Shown: one piece after another, positions 27,932 to 38,051 of the stretch
Position numbering within the stretch: the first letter of the stretch is position 1
Layout: each line of letters opens with the position of its first letter
Made by a program: the position numbers and the translations under genes
Assembly: GCA_041576815.1 (NCBI GenBank)
Contig: JBFGKE010000010.1
Coordinates: 16,599-80,598, forward strand
Length of the DNA stretch: 64,000 nucleotides
Source: Polyangiales bacterium
Lineage (GTDB): Bacteria; Myxococcota_A; Polyangia; Polyangiales; Houyiibacteriaceae
Reading direction: 5' to 3'
Notes under the pieces: model-generated
The model's input: only the letters and a program-made list of their open reading frames with translations
Database searches by the model: none
What the model was told of the DNA's origin: nothing

Positions 27932-30124
27932 TCAGCTCCCGAGCTTTGCCTCGTGCCGTTGCCGGAGCTGCTCGATCTCGTCCTCTGGAAGCTCGCCAAT
28001 GAGCTTGATCGCGATTTGCTGTTGCTGCCCCGTGCCGACGTCCTGCGCCCGGACTTGGAGCGTGCCGTCGGCATCGATCATGAAGCGGACGGCGATTTGC
28101 ACCTTTCCGCGCGCCGCGGGACGCAGGCCGTCGAGCACTACCTCGCCGAGGAGCTGGTTCCCTGCGATCTGTCGCTCCTCACCCTGGCAGATCCGCACGA
28201 CGACGGTTTCCTGCCGGTCACGGGCCGTGGTGAACATCTTCGTCTGGCCGGCGGGGATGGCGGAGTTTCGGCGAATGATGTGCTCGCAGTACCCGTCGAC
28301 GGTTTCGACCCCCAACGAAAGCGGCGTGACGTCGAGCAAAAGCGGCGTCGCGAGCCCGTCCGGCACCGCGACGGCGCCCGTGACCGTGTCGACGCTCTCG
28401 TCGAGGGCCGCCCTCAGCTCTCTCGGAGCGGAGCTCGCGAGGTTGAGCGGTGCGGGCGGCGGCCCGTCTTCGGGTGCTTGGGAGCCAAACACGTCTTCGC
28501 CGAGTTCCATCAAAAGTGAGGACTCCTCGTCGTCGCCCTCGACGCGCTTCGTCTGCGGCTCTCCGAGGTCGTCGAAGCCTTCGGCGCGCTTCGTGTTGGG
28601 CTCACCGATCTGCATGAGAAGCCCCGAAGCCTCGGCCATGCGCGTGGGCTGGAAATCGAGCGGATCGGCAGCCTCGGCCATTCGAGTAGGCTCGTGGTCG
28701 AGGGGGTCTTCCTGCGAGCGCGTGGGGATGTCGATCAGCTCGTCGTCGCGCGACGGGCCGCCGGCCTTTTCGAGCTGAACCGGCGGCGGCGGCGGCCCCT
28801 GACCCTGCAGGGTGGCTTTCCGGGCCGCACGTGCCACAGGCGGTGGCGGAAGCGGCGGACGCTCGCCGACGTTGGTGACCTCTTCCTCGAAGTCCTCTGG
28901 TACGGCCCCGTGCGCCCCCGTGTCGGGCTGCGCGACCTTTTTGAGCGCGACGCGCCCAAGCGCTGCTTTGCGCGCCGGCGCCGCCAGGTTCATCGCCTGA
29001 AGCGCCGCGCCCTGGGCTACCACGAGGTCCGGGTCGATGTTGACGAGCGGCTGGCGCCCGAAATACTCGGCCACCATTCGCTGAAGGAGGGGGATGCGAG
29101 TCGAGCCTCCGACGAGAATCACGTTGTCGAGCTGCGTCGGGCGAAGTCCCGCGGCTTTCATCGCGTCCTCGCACACGTCGAAGCTACGAGCGACCAACGG
29201 CTGGCACAGGCTCTCGAGCTGGTCGCGGGTGAGCGAGTAATCCAAATTCAGCGCGGCGCCGCCGTCGCCATAGGCGAGCTCTTCGATGCAGAGCTTCACA
29301 TCGGGCCGATCGGAAAGCTGTATCTTGGCCCACTCGGCGGCGGCTCGAAGCCGCTCGTAGGCCTGGCGGTCCTGGTGCGCATCGTAGCGATGCTGTTCGA
29401 GGAACTGCGCCGCCATGTGGTCGGCCACGGCGTTGTCGACGTCGTCGCCGCCGAGGAACGTGTCGCCTGCGGTTGCCAGGACCTCGAAGACGTCGCCCGC
29501 CAACTGGAGGATCGTGATGTCGAAGGTGCCACCACCGAGGTCGTAGACGGCAACGCGCTCGGTCGAAGTCTTGTTGTAGCCGTACGCCAACGCCGCCGCC
29601 GTCGGTTCGTTCAGGATGCGTAGAACCTCGAGCCCCGCGACGCGGCCTGCTGCTTTGGTGGCACTGCGCTGGAGCTCGTTGAAGTTCGCAGGCACGGTCA
29701 CGACGGCCTGACCGCATTCCTTGCCGAGGGACTGCTCGGCGACCTTCCGGACGTGCCTCAGCACGAACGCGCTGATCTCGCTCAGTGTGTAGGTCTCGCC
29801 GCGCGCGCTGACCAACACGCCGCCGCTCGGGCCCTCCGAAAGCTCGAAGGCAAAACGGTCCCTCGCCTCGTTGACCTCGTAGCTGGTGAACGGCCGTCCG
29901 ATGAGGCGCTTGACCGAAGAAACCGTGTTCTGAGCATCGAGGAGGCGGCGCTCTTTGGCCGCGGCGCCGACCAGAACGTCGCCACTCGGGTGAAACGAAA
30001 CGACCGACGGAATCAGGTTTTCACCGTTTTCGCTCGAGAGGACGCGCGCGCCGGAGGCATCCGCGACGGCCACCACGGAATTCGTCGTACCCAAGTCGAT
30101 CCCAATGACGGGTCCGTTACTCAC
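27932..30124 (-). CDS. Atypical Hsp70/DnaK-family protein (large insertion, no lid)
   Basis: [53 protein letters not shown]. Confidence 0.92.
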   Translation of the reverse strand: MSNGPVIGIDLGTTNSVVAVADASGARVLSSENGENLIPSVVSFHPSGDVLVGAAAKERRLLDAQNTVSSVKRLIGRPFTSYEVNEARDRFAFELSEGPSGGVLVSARGETYTLSEISAFVLRHVRKVAEQSLGKECGQAVVTVPANFNELQRSATKAAGRVAGLEVLRILNEPTAAALAYGYNKTSTERVAVYDLGGGTFDITILQLAGDVFEVLATAGDTFLGGDDVDNAVADHMAAQFLEQHRYDAHQDRQAYERLRAAAEWAKIQLSDRPDVKLCIEELAYGDGGAALNLDYSLTRDQLESLCQPLVARSFDVCEDAMKAAGLRPTQLDNVILVGGSTRIPLLQRMVAEYFGRQPLVNIDPDLVVAQGAALQAMNLAAPARKAALGRVALKKVAQPDTGAHGAVPEDFEEEVTNVGERPPLPPPPVARAARKATLQGQGPPPPPVQLEKAGGPSRDDELIDIPTRSQEDPLDHEPTRMAEAADPLDFQPTRMAEASGLLMQIGEPNTKRAEGFDDLGEPQTKRVEGDDEESSLLMELGEDVFGSQAPEDGPPPAPLNLASSAPRELRAALDESVDTVTGAVAVPDGLATPLLLDVTPLSLGVETVDGYCEHIIRRNSAIPAGQTKMFTTARDRQETVVVRICQGEERQIAGNQLLGEVVLDGLRPAARGKVQIAVRFMIDADGTLQVRAQDVGTGQQQQIAIKLIGELPEDEIEQLRQRHEAKLGS
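28535..28708 (-). repeat. Two pairs of 42-nt-period coding repeats inside the Hsp70 insertion
   Basis: [13 protein letters not shown] / [13 protein letters not shown] and [10 protein letters not shown] / [10 protein letters not shown]. Confidence 0.8.
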
Positions 30125-30214
30125 ACTCGCCTACCCCCTCGAAAGGACTCCCCAAAACTCCCTTCTAGGATAACGCGTTGTTCCCCCGATTACACATTTC
30201 CAGGGCGATAAGCC

Positions 30215-32794
30215 CTAATTTTCCCCGACTTCTCCGGATTCTTCGAGCTCATCCTCTTCGCCCTCGGCCACCGGCTCGACGTCGACCACCTGCTCCCCTT
30301 CGCGGAGGCGGATGACCCGCACGCCTTGGGTGTTTCGGCCAGTTTCGCGGATCTCCCCGACGCGCGTGCGGATGACCTGGCCGCCGTTGGTGATCACCAT
30401 GAGCTGGTCCTCCGGAGAGACGAGCCGGAGCTTCACGAGGGCCCCGTTTCGCTCGGAGGTGTCCATCGCGATGATGCCCTTGCCGCCACGGTTTTGAGGA
30501 CGCCACTCCGGCACCTTCGTCCGTTTGCCGTAGCCGTTCGCGCTGACGGTCAAGACCTGCTGCTCGCCCTCGTCTTCGATGATGTCCATCCCGATGACGA
30601 AGTCGCCCTCGCGAAGATCGATGCCCTTCACACCCATCGAATCGCGTCCCATCGAACGCACGTCTTCGATGGGGAAGCGAATGCTCATTCCGTGCGACGT
30701 GCCGATCAAGACGTGTTGACCCGGCGTGACGATCCGCGCCGTCAACAGACCATCGCCCTCCCCGATGGCGACCCCGATGATGCCGGTCTGGCGGATGTTC
30801 GCATATGCGCTCAAGTTGGTGCGCTTCACCCGGCCGCGGCGCGTGCACGTGAGGAGATAGCCATCCTCCACGAACTCTCGAATCGGCAAAATCGCGGCCA
30901 CGCGCTCGTCCGGCTCCATGCCAACCAGGTTGACGACCGCCCTCCCCCGCGCCGCACGGCTTGCTTCGGGAATCTGGTAGACCTTCTTGAGATACGCCTT
31001 GCCCTTGTCGCTCAGAAACAGGACGTGCGCGTGTGCGTTGACGACGAACACCCAGCTCACGAAGTCCTGCTCCCGGGTGTCCATCGCCCTGAGGCCCTTG
31101 CCCCCGCGGCCTTGGGCACGGTACTCGCTGAGGGGTACGCGCTTGACATAGCCTGCATGCGAAACGGTCACGACGACCTCTTCATCGGGCACGAGATCCT
31201 CGATCGAGATGTCGCCTTCGGCTTCGACGATTTCGGTTCGTCGCTCGTCCCCGTAACGCTCGCGGATCTCGTCGAGCTCTTTGACGATGACCTCGTCGAG
31301 CAGGGCCCGGTCGGCGAGGATCGCCTCGAGCTCGCCGATGAGATCACAAAGGTTGCCGTACTCGGTCGCGAGCTTTTCGCGCTCGAGCCCGGTGAGACGC
31401 GAGAGGCGCATCTCGAGGATCGCTTTGGCCTGCCGCTCGGAGAGGTAGTACTCGCCGCGCGCCTTGGCCTCTTCGATCTCGGATTTGGGACGACCCGCTC
31501 GCTTCACGAACTCTTCGAGACCAGTGAGCGCCAACTTCATCAGGCGCCCGCGTGCCTCGTCCGGATCCTTCGACGAGCGAATCGTTTGCACCACGAGGTC
31601 GACGTCGGTGACGGCCATTCCCAGGCCCTCGACGAGCTCGCGCTGCGCTTTGGCTTGGCGAAGGTCGAAGCCGGTGCGCCGAACGACGACTTCGCGGCGG
31701 TGGTCGATGAAGTGGAGCAGCGTCGACCGGAGATCGAGCACCGCGGGCCGCTGGCCGACGATCGCGAGGCAGTTGTAGCCAAACGTGCTTTGCAGCGCCG
31801 TCATTTGGTAGAGCTTGTTGAGCACGATCTCGCCGTGGGCGTCACGCTTGAGCTCGATGACGACCCGAAGGCCGTCCCGATCGGATTCGTCGCGGATGTC
31901 GCTGATACCCTCGAGCCGCTTGTCGCGAACCAGGTCGGCGATCTTCTTGAGCAGCTCGGCCTTGTTGACCTGGTACGGGATTTCGCTGATCACGATCATC
32001 TCACGATCGGCCTTGCCCGGAAGGGCCTCGATGCTCGCCCGAGCCCGCATCACGATGCGGCCTCGCCCGGTGCGGTAGCCGAGGTGGATGCCCGCACGCC
32101 CGTAGATGTAACCGGCGGTCGGGAAGTCCGGGCCCTTCACCCCGAGGCGTCCCGATTCCTCGTCGTCTTCCATGATCTCGTCGACCGTCAGGTCGGGGTT
32201 GCCCATGAGGCGCACGGTGGCGTCCAAGACCTCGCGCAGATTGTGGGGCGGGATGTTGGTGGCCATGCCGACCGCGATGCCGCCCGACCCGTTGATCAGC
32301 AGGTTGGGAATCCGGCTCGGGAGGACGAGGGGCTCACTTTCGGAGTCGTCGAAGTTTGGGCCGAAATCTACCGTTTCCTTTTCGATATCGGCCAGCAGCT
32401 CCGACGCGAGCCGATGCATGCGGACCTCGGTGTACCGCATGGCTGCCGGGGGGTCGCCGTCGACCGAGCCGAAGTTGCCCTGCCCGTCGACGAGCGGGTA
32501 GCGCATGGAGAATTCCTGAGCCATCCGGACGAGGGCGTCGTAGACGGCGGTGTCGCCGTGGGGGTGGTACTTGCCGAGCACGTCGCCGACGATGCGGGCG
32601 CTCTTCTTGTACCCGCTGTTCCAGGCGACTTTCTGCTCGTGCATCGAGTAGAGAATCCTGCGATGGACGGGCTTGAGGCCGTCCCGAACGTCGGGAATCG
32701 CCCGCCCGATGATGACGCTCATGGCGTAGTCGAGGTACGACCGACGCATCTCGTCTTCGAGCGTCACCGGGTGCTTCTGTGGAGAATCCGCCAT
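30215..32794 (-). CDS. gyrA: DNA gyrase subunit A
   Basis: [32 protein letters not shown], GyrA-box QGRGGKG, beta-pinwheel repeats and acidic tail. Confidence 0.97.
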   Translation of the reverse strand: MADSPQKHPVTLEDEMRRSYLDYAMSVIIGRAIPDVRDGLKPVHRRILYSMHEQKVAWNSGYKKSARIVGDVLGKYHPHGDTAVYDALVRMAQEFSMRYPLVDGQGNFGSVDGDPPAAMRYTEVRMHRLASELLADIEKETVDFGPNFDDSESEPLVLPSRIPNLLINGSGGIAVGMATNIPPHNLREVLDATVRLMGNPDLTVDEIMEDDEESGRLGVKGPDFPTAGYIYGRAGIHLGYRTGRGRIVMRARASIEALPGKADREMIVISEIPYQVNKAELLKKIADLVRDKRLEGISDIRDESDRDGLRVVIELKRDAHGEIVLNKLYQMTALQSTFGYNCLAIVGQRPAVLDLRSTLLHFIDHRREVVVRRTGFDLRQAKAQRELVEGLGMAVTDVDLVVQTIRSSKDPDEARGRLMKLALTGLEEFVKRAGRPKSEIEEAKARGEYYLSERQAKAILEMRLSRLTGLEREKLATEYGNLCDLIGELEAILADRALLDEVIVKELDEIRERYGDERRTEIVEAEGDISIEDLVPDEEVVVTVSHAGYVKRVPLSEYRAQGRGGKGLRAMDTREQDFVSWVFVVNAHAHVLFLSDKGKAYLKKVYQIPEASRAARGRAVVNLVGMEPDERVAAILPIREFVEDGYLLTCTRRGRVKRTNLSAYANIRQTGIIGVAIGEGDGLLTARIVTPGQHVLIGTSHGMSIRFPIEDVRSMGRDSMGVKGIDLREGDFVIGMDIIEDEGEQQVLTVSANGYGKRTKVPEWRPQNRGGKGIIAMDTSERNGALVKLRLVSPEDQLMVITNGGQVIRTRVGEIRETGRNTQGVRVIRLREGEQVVDVEPVAEGEEDELEESGEVGEN

Positions 32795-32959
32795 TGAAGT
32801 CCTGCTTCCGGCGCCACTCCCCAAAGCTCCGGCGCCGGCGCGAAGCTACCACGGGTGCACCCTTGCTGCACGCACTCGAAGAGCCGTAGAACTGCGGTTT
32901 TTTGGCTGCTTCGCGGGAAGTTTCGTAAACCCGAAACGAGGGCTTGGGCGAGACGGGAA

Positions 32960-33709
32960 ATGGACACAGCCATGCGCGATCTAGAGAGGATCGAAGAGCG
33001 CTCCTCGGACGAGAGTCGAGGGGTGCTGGTGCTTTCGGGCGTCGGCCTGCTAGCGGCGATCGGCGTCGTGGTGGCAGCCGTTGCAGCGCTCCCAGACGCC
33101 GAGGAACCGGCGACGAACGATCCGCTGCAAATGGTCATTCCAAGTGAGATCGAGGTGAGCGACGCGAACCCGACGATCGAGGAGCCGGTTCCCGACCCCG
33201 AGATCGATCCCGAGACACTGAGCTTCCCGACTACGCTGGTCACGGACGACCGCCCAGAGGTCGCCGCGGCGATGGCGGCTGCTGCGGCAGAGCTTGCGCA
33301 CTTGGACCCGCTCACCAATCCACCCCCGCGCTCGGATATCGCGGCGGGGCTGCCCGCCGCGGTGACCGCCGGGCCCGACCGCACCGTGGTCGAGATGGCC
33401 GTGGCGCGCGATCCTCTCGTCGCGGCCACCGTGCCCGACCGAACGCGACCTGCGCCCGCGGGACGCGAGGGGCGCTACACCCTGCAGGTGATCAGCTACC
33501 GGGAGCCGAACGAAGCCCACGTGTTCGCAAGCGGGCTGCGGAAGCGCGGTCACGCGGCGTACGTGACGACGGGGACGGTCGAGGGACGGGGCAAGCACTG
33601 GCGTGTGCGCATCGGCCCGTTCGAATCGAGGCAGCAAGCCCAGGCGTACCGAACGACGTTCGAGCGCGACGAAGGCATGAACACCTTCATCATCCGCAAC
33701 AAAGACTGA
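32960..33709 (+). CDS. SPOR domain-containing membrane protein
   Basis: N-terminal TM and C-terminal YTLQV.SY...WRVRIGPF SPOR signature. Confidence 0.85.
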   Translation: MDTAMRDLERIEERSSDESRGVLVLSGVGLLAAIGVVVAAVAALPDAEEPATNDPLQMVIPSEIEVSDANPTIEEPVPDPEIDPETLSFPTTLVTDDRPEVAAAMAAAAAELAHLDPLTNPPPRSDIAAGLPAAVTAGPDRTVVEMAVARDPLVAATVPDRTRPAPAGREGRYTLQVISYREPNEAHVFASGLRKRGHAAYVTTGTVEGRGKHWRVRIGPFESRQQAQAYRTTFERDEGMNTFIIRNKD

Positions 33710-33713
33710 GCAC

Positions 33714-33854
33714 GGGGCGAAGAAAATCGCGATACGGGGCTACGCCGGACGGGTCGGCTTAGGCGCTCACGCCAATCGGCGGTGGTTGCACGCATGGCCG
33801 CTTGGCACTTGCGACGCCGACTCCACCCCACATCGCATTTTTTCGTGGCCCTCC
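33714..33854. repeat. Palindromic intergenic element A, copy 1 (nested hairpin)
   Basis: Arms 33714-33740 and 33825-33851 with inner stems GTCGGC/GCCGAC and GCCAA..CGGC/GCCG..TTGGC. About 90 nt recur at 59143-59235. Confidence 0.8.
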
Positions 33855-33903
33855 CTACGTCGACTCGTGTCGGAACTTAAATCCGTATACCGACGTCAAC
33901 GGA

Positions 33904-34031
33904 GGAAAACTGCTCGGTATGGGCAGCACAGCGATTGGGGGGGAGCCTAGCCGTGAGTGGTCGTGTGGAGTTGGGGGCGAGCGGGTCCCAATCGCGAGCA
34001 CGCCCGTGCCTAGCTGTTTTCCGGGGTTGCA
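33904..34031. repeat. Palindromic intergenic element B
   Basis: GGAAAACTGCTCGGTATGGGC (33904-33924) pairs with GCCCGTGCCTAGCTGTTTTCC (34002-34022); inner GCGATTGGG/CCCAATCGC. The arm recurs at 59094-59123. Confidence 0.75.
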
Positions 34032-34077
34032 GTCGCGTCTCACGGCCGCGTGGCCCGGACTTGCGTCTTTCCGGGGG

Positions 34078-34890
34078 CTACGGGAGCTCTTCTAGCCAGC
34101 TTGGGTCCTCGAACCACTTTTGGCGGAGGGCCGAGAGGATGCCTGTGGCTTCGATTGCGTCGATGTAGTTGTCGATCAGATTGTAGAAGCGGGCGTCTCG
34201 GGCGGAAACGGCGATGCCCGTCGGCTCCACCGAAAGCGGCTCCTCCAGCGTGATGAGGCCTGCATCTGGGTTGCGGAGCACCGCAAGCGCGCATGCCTCC
34301 ACGTCGGCGACCATCGCGCTGGCCTTGCGGTCCATCACCATTTGAACGCCGGTCTCGTAGTCGTCGACTCGGATGATCTTGGCTTTCGGCATGTGCTTCT
34401 TCACGAACGCCTCGCTGGTGGAGTTCTTCAGAGCGACGAAGATCACGTCGCGAGTATTGATGTCCTCGACGGTCTCTGCGCCTGCGAGGGCCTTCGAAGT
34501 CGTCACGAGCGACTTGCCCGACAGCATGTACGGGCCGACGAATAGAAAGTCTCTGGAACGCTCGGCCGTGATGTCGACTCCCGACATCACCATGTCGACC
34601 TTGCCCTGCTTCAGCGCGCCGAGAAGCTGGCCGAACGGCTTCTGCACGATCTCGAGCTCGAATCCCAGCGCATACGCGAGCCCTCTGGCAAGGTCGACCT
34701 CGAGGCCGATCATCTGTCCGGTCTTGCTCTTGACATTGAGCGGCGGCTGATTGGCAGACATCCCCACCCGTAGCGTCCCGCTCTTGATGACACGGTCGAG
34801 CACCGGCGCTTGCGCCGTGACCGACGACGCAGTGAAAACGGTAAACGCGGCAAAAACGGCAATCGCGGCGAGACGAAGAGTTCGGTACAT
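34078..34890 (-). CDS. Polar amino-acid-type ABC transporter substrate-binding protein (family 3)
   Basis: Signal peptide, LRVGM, GLEVDLA, GKVDMVMSG..IT.ER, PY. No permease gene nearby. Confidence 0.88.
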   Translation of the reverse strand: MYRTLRLAAIAVFAAFTVFTASSVTAQAPVLDRVIKSGTLRVGMSANQPPLNVKSKTGQMIGLEVDLARGLAYALGFELEIVQKPFGQLLGALKQGKVDMVMSGVDITAERSRDFLFVGPYMLSGKSLVTTSKALAGAETVEDINTRDVIFVALKNSTSEAFVKKHMPKAKIIRVDDYETGVQMVMDRKASAMVADVEACALAVLRNPDAGLITLEEPLSVEPTGIAVSARDARFYNLIDNYIDAIEATGILSALRQKWFEDPSWLEELP

Positions 34891-34916
34891 TAAGCGTGCC
34901 TTTCTAGAGGGTGGGT

Positions 34917-34946
34917 CCCCTTTGTAAAGGGGTCAGGCACCTTTTT
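34917..34946. repeat. REP-like short palindromes
   Basis: CCCCTTT-GT-AAAGGGG overlapping AAAGGGGTCAGGCACCTTTT; related to the palindrome at 47053. Confidence 0.55.
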
Positions 34947-34953
34947 GAAAGGG

Positions 34954-36198
34954 TTAACGAACGAGATAGTTGCGGAGCGCTTCTTTGGCGACGTAACTGG
35001 CCTTGATTCGCCACTTGGGCTCGTTGACGACCAGCGCGGCGACCGCAATTTTCGGATCGTCGACCGGAGCGTAGCCGACCCACCAGTTGTACGTGCGGTG
35101 CGGATTGTAGCGACTGAGCGTGCCCGTCTTGCCGGCGACGGCGATGCCCGGAAGGAACGGACGGCCCCGCGCGTCCCAAAACGCCTTCTTCGAAGTCCCG
35201 TGAGTCACCGTTCGCGTCATCATTTCACCGGTCAGACGGGCGGTGTGACGGGGGAGTACCTGGCGGAAGGTCCGCGGGGTGTGCGTATAGAGGGTCTCAC
35301 CGGACCGGCTCTCGATCCGATCGACGATGGCGGCGTAGGGCATCTGCCCATCGTTGGCGATCGTCGAGGCCAGAAGCGCCCCGTGCAACGGCGAGAGCTG
35401 ACTGTGCCAGAAGCCGGCGGCCATCCGCGCTCGCTCGAGGTCGCTCTCGGGCACGTCGGCCGGGCTCGGGAACACGGGGAGGTCGAACGGCAGTCTCTGT
35501 CCGAACCCGAACGCAGAGACATACTGTGCCATACGTGCTCGATCGATGTGCCGATCCGCCAGCTTCGCAAAGATTGCGTTGATCGAATAGCCGAGCGCAT
35601 CAGCGAGGGTGGCACACCATCGGTCACGCTTCGGGCTGTCGACGAGGTCTGCCGGCACCAAGCCGCGCATTCCGCCGCCATAGCAAACGGACGTCGAGCT
35701 CTTGACGCCCGCATCGAGCAGGGCGGATGCCGTCACGATCTTGAATACCGACGCCGCGGGTGGTGATGGGTCAGTAACGACGCGCGTGCTTTCGCCCTTC
35801 CCGGCTTCGTATCCGACATAGGCGAGCACACGACCTGATTTGGGATCGATGGCGACGACCCCTCCGGCCGGCACGTCGTAGCGGTTGAACAAGCTTCGAA
35901 TGTGCGACTGAAGGTCTCGGTCGACCGTGAGCACCGCCCGCGTGCCATCGCGGCGCGGGACTACCCAGCCGTCGTTGCGCTGCTCCGCGCGCGAGACGTC
36001 GAGATCGGCGAACGGAGGCGCAATCGCTTGCGCGACCCGCGTCGAGGCGCGGTGGGCGGACGGTGGGCTCGCGGTCAATCCGACCGGGATCCCGAGCGCG
36101 AGGCCGAGGCTCGCCAAACCCCATATTGAGGAGTGAGAAAACGCGCTGCGCACGTCTCTAACGCTAGAGAACCCTTTTCGAAGGGTCAACAAACCCAT
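34954..36198 (-). CDS. Penicillin-binding protein, transpeptidase domain
   Basis: SxxK (SVFK), SxN (SIN), KTG (GKTGT). Start uncertain. Confidence 0.88.
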   Translation of the reverse strand: MGLLTLRKGFSSVRDVRSAFSHSSIWGLASLGLALGIPVGLTASPPSAHRASTRVAQAIAPPFADLDVSRAEQRNDGWVVPRRDGTRAVLTVDRDLQSHIRSLFNRYDVPAGGVVAIDPKSGRVLAYVGYEAGKGESTRVVTDPSPPAASVFKIVTASALLDAGVKSSTSVCYGGGMRGLVPADLVDSPKRDRWCATLADALGYSINAIFAKLADRHIDRARMAQYVSAFGFGQRLPFDLPVFPSPADVPESDLERARMAAGFWHSQLSPLHGALLASTIANDGQMPYAAIVDRIESRSGETLYTHTPRTFRQVLPRHTARLTGEMMTRTVTHGTSKKAFWDARGRPFLPGIAVAGKTGTLSRYNPHRTYNWWVGYAPVDDPKIAVAALVVNEPKWRIKASYVAKEALRNYLVR

Positions 36199-36271
36199 CG
36201 GTCCGCTGCCACTGCAATTCGGGGGCCGGTCATTTTTCGATGCCCTGCTCCGCGCGGTATATTGGAAAGGG

Positions 36272-37174
36272 GTGTCGTTCAAAGACCAGACGACGAGCGC
36301 GAGTCAGACCGTCTTGACGGAGGTCGGCGAGGCGCGCGCTGCAAGCCAAGCGAGCGCCAACGGCTGTTTGGTCGTCATCTACGGCCAAGAGATGGGCCGC
36401 CGTGTGCGCGTCACCACTGAACCGCTGATCATCGGGCGTTCACCGCGGTGCGAGATCCAAATCGACCAAGAGAGCGTGTCTCGCAACCACTGCAGGGTCC
36501 GCTTCGAGGGCGGTGAGTTTTTGGTCCGGGACATGGGCTCGACCAACGGCACGTACGTGAACGACAATCTCGTCGAGGGTGACGGGAGGCTTCGCCACGG
36601 AGATCAGCTCAAAGTCGGCCGAACGATCTTGAAGTTCATCGTCGGGGATGACGTGGAGGTCGAATACCACGAGGAGATCTACAGGCTGATGACCACCGAC
36701 GGCCTGACACAGCTCAACAACAAGCGGTACTTCGACGAGATGCTCGACCGGGAAGTCGCACGCGCAAAACGGTACAAGCGAACGTTCTCTCTGCTTGTCT
36801 TCGACATCGATCACTTCAAAGCAATCAACGATCGGTTCGGCCACCTCGCGGGGGACGCCATCCTCCGCCAGCTCGGCGCGGTGCTTCTCGGTCGACTGCG
36901 GGTCAACGACGTGCTGGCTCGAATCGGAGGCGAAGAGTTCGCTTTGATCACGCCTGAAGTCGGGATCCAGGGCGCAACGGAGCTAGCCGGAAAGATCAAT
37001 CGCCTCATTGCGGACACGCGATTCGAATTCGAAGGCACGAAAGTCGACGTGACCGTCAGCGTGGGCGTGGCCGAGTGGCAGACGGATTACGAAGACCCCG
37101 TCGAGCTCTTCCGCGCGGCCGACGACAAGATGTTCGAGGCGAAACGAAGCGGACGAAACCGAGTCTGTTTCTGA
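36272..37174 (+). CDS. FHA-GGDEF diguanylate cyclase
   Basis: FHA (GRS, SRNH, STNGT), DGLT, DIDHFKAIND.FGH..GD, RxxD I-site (RVND), GGEEF. Confidence 0.93.
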   Translation: MSFKDQTTSASQTVLTEVGEARAASQASANGCLVVIYGQEMGRRVRVTTEPLIIGRSPRCEIQIDQESVSRNHCRVRFEGGEFLVRDMGSTNGTYVNDNLVEGDGRLRHGDQLKVGRTILKFIVGDDVEVEYHEEIYRLMTTDGLTQLNNKRYFDEMLDREVARAKRYKRTFSLLVFDIDHFKAINDRFGHLAGDAILRQLGAVLLGRLRVNDVLARIGGEEFALITPEVGIQGATELAGKINRLIADTRFEFEGTKVDVTVSVGVAEWQTDYEDPVELFRAADDKMFEAKRSGRNRVCF

Positions 37175-37884
37175 GAGGCGTATCGAGGCGCCGCTGAGCC
37201 TCCTGCGCGCCGAGGCAGGCACGCAACGAGCTCCACCAGCGCGACCACCATCACGCGAAGCGAGGCACCGGTTTGACGGCCCGCTCGCCGCGGATAGTGG
37301 CTCACGGCGTACTCGGCGACGCGGAGCTCGAATCGCCTGGCTTCGAGCAAGAGCTCGGCGCTGATCATCGCACCCTCACTTTGAAGGTGGCTCGCCCGAA
37401 GGAGGCTTCGGGGGATCAGCTTGAACGCACAATTTGCGTCACGAATCCGCAGGCCGAACGCGCGGTTCACCACGCCGGTCCACGCCCTTCCCCACACGTG
37501 CCGCCACCAGCCATCGCTTCGCTCCGTGCGGTAGCCGGCGACCACGTCGTGCTCGCCGAGCAGCGCCACCGCGGGCGGCAGCTCCTCCAAATCGAACTGG
37601 CCGTCGCCATCGGTGAGAAACACATAGTCGAGCGTCGCCCGCTCCAGCCCCGTGCGCACCGCCGCCCCGTACCCGCGATTGATGGGATGACTGACCACGA
37701 CGAGCTCGCGCACCGTCTTTTGAAGCGCCGCGAGCACCCTTCCAGTGTCATCCGTGCTGCCATCGTCTACGACGACGATCTCGAGCTCGGACGCCAACCG
37801 ACGCCCGACCCGGGCCGCCTCCCTGACCACACGTGCCACGTTGCCTTCCTCGTTGAAGCACGGGACCACCACGGATAGGCGCAT
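37087..37884 (-). CDS. Glycosyltransferase family 2 (polyprenol-phosphate glycosyltransferase-like)
   Basis: SVVVPCFNEE, VDDGSTD, NRGYGAA, TDGDGQF. Confidence 0.9.
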   Translation of the reverse strand: MRLSVVVPCFNEEGNVARVVREAARVGRRLASELEIVVVDDGSTDDTGRVLAALQKTVRELVVVSHPINRGYGAAVRTGLERATLDYVFLTDGDGQFDLEELPPAVALLGEHDVVAGYRTERSDGWWRHVWGRAWTGVVNRAFGLRIRDANCAFKLIPRSLLRASHLQSEGAMISAELLLEARRFELRVAEYAVSHYPRRAGRQTGASLRVMVVALVELVACLPRRAGGSAAPRYASQKQTRFRPLRFASNILSSAARKSSTGSS

Positions 37885-37891
37885 TGCGTGG

Positions 37892-37897
37892 AGCCTA
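37892..37897 (-). promoter_or_regulatory. -10 element of the GT2 gene, leaderless-type
   Basis: TAGGCT exactly 7 nt upstream of ATG 37884. No SD. Confidence 0.45.
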
Positions 37898-37968
37898 ATT
37901 CGGGGACCCCGGCGCTTCAACGCGCGACATCGTGGAATCCTCGGGGCCGATGTGGGCCGCCGGGACCC

Positions 37969-37997
37969 TTGCCATGCAAAAGGTGCGTGGCTATGTT
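37969..37997 (+). promoter_or_regulatory. sigma70-type promoter of lon
   Basis: TTGCCA, 17-bp spacer, TATGTT; GGAG SD before ATG 38052. Confidence 0.55.
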
Positions 37998-38051
37998 CGC
38001 CACAGTATTGGAAAAACTTGGGTTCTGACCGAGTTGGAGTAGAACACCAGT

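Noticed and set aside
30326-32797. 823-aa ORF antisense to gyrA, and similar long antisense ORFs over pilC, MCE, manB, lon, guaB and the pilT genes
   Set aside because: Shadow ORFs expected from high-GC codon bias opposite well-conserved genes; no motifs or translation signals.
33803-33820. sigma54 promoter (TGGCAC) within element A
   Set aside because: No TTGC at the required -12 spacing in either copy.
33714-34031. CRISPR array or tRNA/tmRNA in the long intergenic gap
   Set aside because: No regularly spaced direct repeats with spacers, no cas genes, and no cloverleaf or T-loop signature.
33802-34095. Small ORFs over the repeat elements (ALATPTPPHIA.. and PGKQLGTG.. peptides at both loci)
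   Set aside because: Peptide similarity merely reflects the DNA repeat; reading frames and starts are not preserved between copies.
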